From the NCBI GenBank assembly GCA_963708075.1, contig OY970194.1, positions 2,272,001 through 2,336,000 of the forward strand: 64,000 bases of DNA, read 5' to 3'. The translations under genes were made by a program, and so were the position numbers. Position 1 is the stretch's first letter. The number at the start of each line of letters is the position of its first letter. Under the pieces are notes generated by a model that saw only the letters and a list, made by a program, of their open reading frames with translations, searched no databases and was not told the DNA's origin. The stretch comes from Sedimentisphaerales bacterium. Its GTDB lineage: Bacteria > Planctomycetota > Phycisphaerae > Sedimentisphaerales > Anaerobacaceae. This document shows positions 62,247-64,000 of the stretch, piece by piece.

Positions 62247-63536
62247 TCACAAGTCGTGCAGCATGCGGACGGACTCGCGGATGACGATGTCGGCGGCCTT
62301 GGGGGCGAAGTGACTGCTCGTGACTTCGTAGCCGTCCTGCACGTGGAGTTCCTTCGGGGCCAGATAACCGGCGGCGCCATTGCAGTGCGTGATGATGAAC
62401 GTGTGCTCGCAGGGTGATCCCGCCTTGATGGCCATGCCGATCTCCGTCAGCACCTCGCCTCCGAGCCCGACGAAGGCCACGTCGCCAAGCCGGGCCACGG
62501 TGACGACGAAAGGCACTGTCCCGGGGTTCTTGTCGGCGGAGGCATCGTCGCCCGGCTTGGCGGGTAGTTGCAGGGCCGCAAAGTTCGTCGCGATCTTATC
62601 GGCGGGTCCGGTTTGTTTGATGCCGCGATACACGTGCACCACCTCTTCCCCGAGGAAAGTCCCCAGCAGCACCGGCTCCGGTATCCAGCCAGCCTCCGTG
62701 TTGAACCCGGGCAGGACCCGGTACCAGGGATCGATGTTGCCGGAGGCGCCAATGAACACCGGTGCAATCACGTCAGAGCCGACAATCTTCTCCACGAACT
62801 GCTCGGCCAATCCGGGCACATCGCCGCTGATCGTGTAGTTGTCGTATCCGAGTGCCGTCCCGTGCGTGGCATAGTCGAATGCGACGGCCAATGGTGCGCC
62901 GTCCGGCTTGGCGACCTTCATCACAAGGACCTCCTTGTCCGTCACGCCGTAGGGATTGCGGCCGAGAACGATCGAGCTTTCCCCCTTGTCGTTGACCCGC
63001 AGCTCCCGCCGGTTTGACCCGACCGGGCAATAGCCCACACCGAGGCCGATATTGGCCGGCTGCATCTTATCAATCGCCTGGCGAACCACGTCGATCAGTT
63101 TGCCCCGGAGCGTCTCCATGTACTCCACGTTGCTCGCGTTGCCATGCTCCCGATCCATCGTGGGGGTCGGGGCGGCATGCGTGTGAATGCCGCAGAGAAA
63201 CAGCTCCGAAGGCTGCAGATTGAACTCTTTCAGAAGGGCACTGCGCAGGTACTCGTCCGTGCCGCCATAGAAGCCAATGATGTCCACCGAGACCAGCACA
63301 AGCCGTTTGCCCCCGGCCTCGAAGGCAAGAACGCGAGCCGACAACGGGTCGTGGACACCGGTGGACAGACCCTTGCGGCCGGCATAGCCGGACAATGTCA
63401 CGGGCTTGTCGGGCGTGATGTCAACCTTCGCGACGCCCGCCTTCAGCCCCGCCTGGTCCTCAGCGAATGACGGGCCTGCGACGACCAGACACAGAATGAC
63501 AAACAGGACGCAGGTAGCAGTAAGATGTGCCTTCAT
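62247..63536 (-). CDS. Neutral/alkaline ceramidase-like exported hydrolase
   Basis: AGVAKVDITP, HDPL.AR, HTHAAP, GY...YE. Confidence 0.82.
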   Translation of the reverse strand: MKAHLTATCVLFVILCLVVAGPSFAEDQAGLKAGVAKVDITPDKPVTLSGYAGRKGLSTGVHDPLSARVLAFEAGGKRLVLVSVDIIGFYGGTDEYLRSALLKEFNLQPSELFLCGIHTHAAPTPTMDREHGNASNVEYMETLRGKLIDVVRQAIDKMQPANIGLGVGYCPVGSNRRELRVNDKGESSIVLGRNPYGVTDKEVLVMKVAKPDGAPLAVAFDYATHGTALGYDNYTISGDVPGLAEQFVEKIVGSDVIAPVFIGASGNIDPWYRVLPGFNTEAGWIPEPVLLGTFLGEEVVHVYRGIKQTGPADKIATNFAALQLPAKPGDDASADKNPGTVPFVVTVARLGDVAFVGLGGEVLTEIGMAIKAGSPCEHTFIITHCNGAAGYLAPKELHVQDGYEVTSSHFAPKAADIVIRESVRMLHDL

Positions 63537-63658
63537 AGTGTGTTCTCCTAATTCATGAGCAAGCCACGCTGGAGATGTTACCCCACCGTCGCGCCGGTTT
63601 CAACACCTCTCCAATAAACGCAACAGGGCATGCCTGTGCAGCTTCTTCGGCACCGTGC

Positions 63659-63743
63659 CGGGTGGCAGCGGCAAGCGCCAGCTTGCCGATGGCTCCTCAG
63701 GTACGTGACACCATCGGCAAGCTGCGCTTGCCGCTGCCACCCG
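63659..63743. repeat. REP family A
   Basis: CGGGTGGCAGCGGCAAG...CTTGCCGCTGCCACCCG. Confidence 0.85.
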
Positions 63744-63870
63744 ACAACCAGATTATCTTCACAGACCTGACTGGGGCAAAGTGCTGGGCATTGCCTTTGG
63801 GCCCGCAATGAGGTAGTGTGACGGAATATCATAAATGCATGAGCATTCATCACGTCACAGGGAACGAGTG

Positions 63871-64000
63871 ATGTCGAAAGATGGGCATACACAAGTCATT
63901 CCGGCAGTTGTCCTGATGCTGTTGTGCGGTATCAGCCTTGCTCGCGCCGGCGGTGCAGACAAAGACGGCGCACTTGACACGATGGTCCGGACGGACTGGG
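63871..64000 (+). CDS. 5' end of a putative exported protein (runs off the window)
   Basis: MSKDGHTQVIPAVVLMLLCGISLARA signal-like sequence. Confidence 0.5.
   Translation, partial: MSKDGHTQVIPAVVLMLLCGISLARAGGADKDGALDTMVRTDW

Overview
A 64-kb, GC-rich bacterial chromosomal window. The gene content suggests Planctomycetota, probably Phycisphaerae/Sedimentisphaerales-like: an ECF sigma + Ser/Thr kinase-WD40 pair, a PEP-CTERM-like protein, Tat-exported DegT enzymes and dense REP-type repeats. This taxonomy is an inference. From ~18 kb on the window is mostly housekeeping and metabolism: folP, pdxB, amrS, an FAD/Fe-S oxidoreductase, mlaEF, a diguanylate cyclase, queCEF, a GT3-like glycosyltransferase, GT9/lpxD/lpxI, tRNA-Lys, aspartokinase and a carbohydrate-use cluster. 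The first ~16 kb is accessory and repeat-rich. (i) At 1-9.5 kb, unrelated genes (including an RxxxxH HEPN-type protein and a signal-peptide Hcp homologue) are separated by homologous composite repeats and copies of one ~60-bp sigma70 promoter module. (ii) At 14.1-14.8 kb there is a nine-unit CRISPR-like, non-CRISPR array (core TGGCTTTGTTT) whose spacers contain pieces of the genome's REP families. It lies beside a decayed REP-associated tyrosine transposase whose palindrome abuts a 5'-truncated metalloprotease gene. A stand-alone module (DGC / merR-like, flgB-like, flhG, fliA) with a perfect sigma28 promoter lies at 26.7-31.4 kb. All calls come from reading the sequence and translations by eye; no searches were run.
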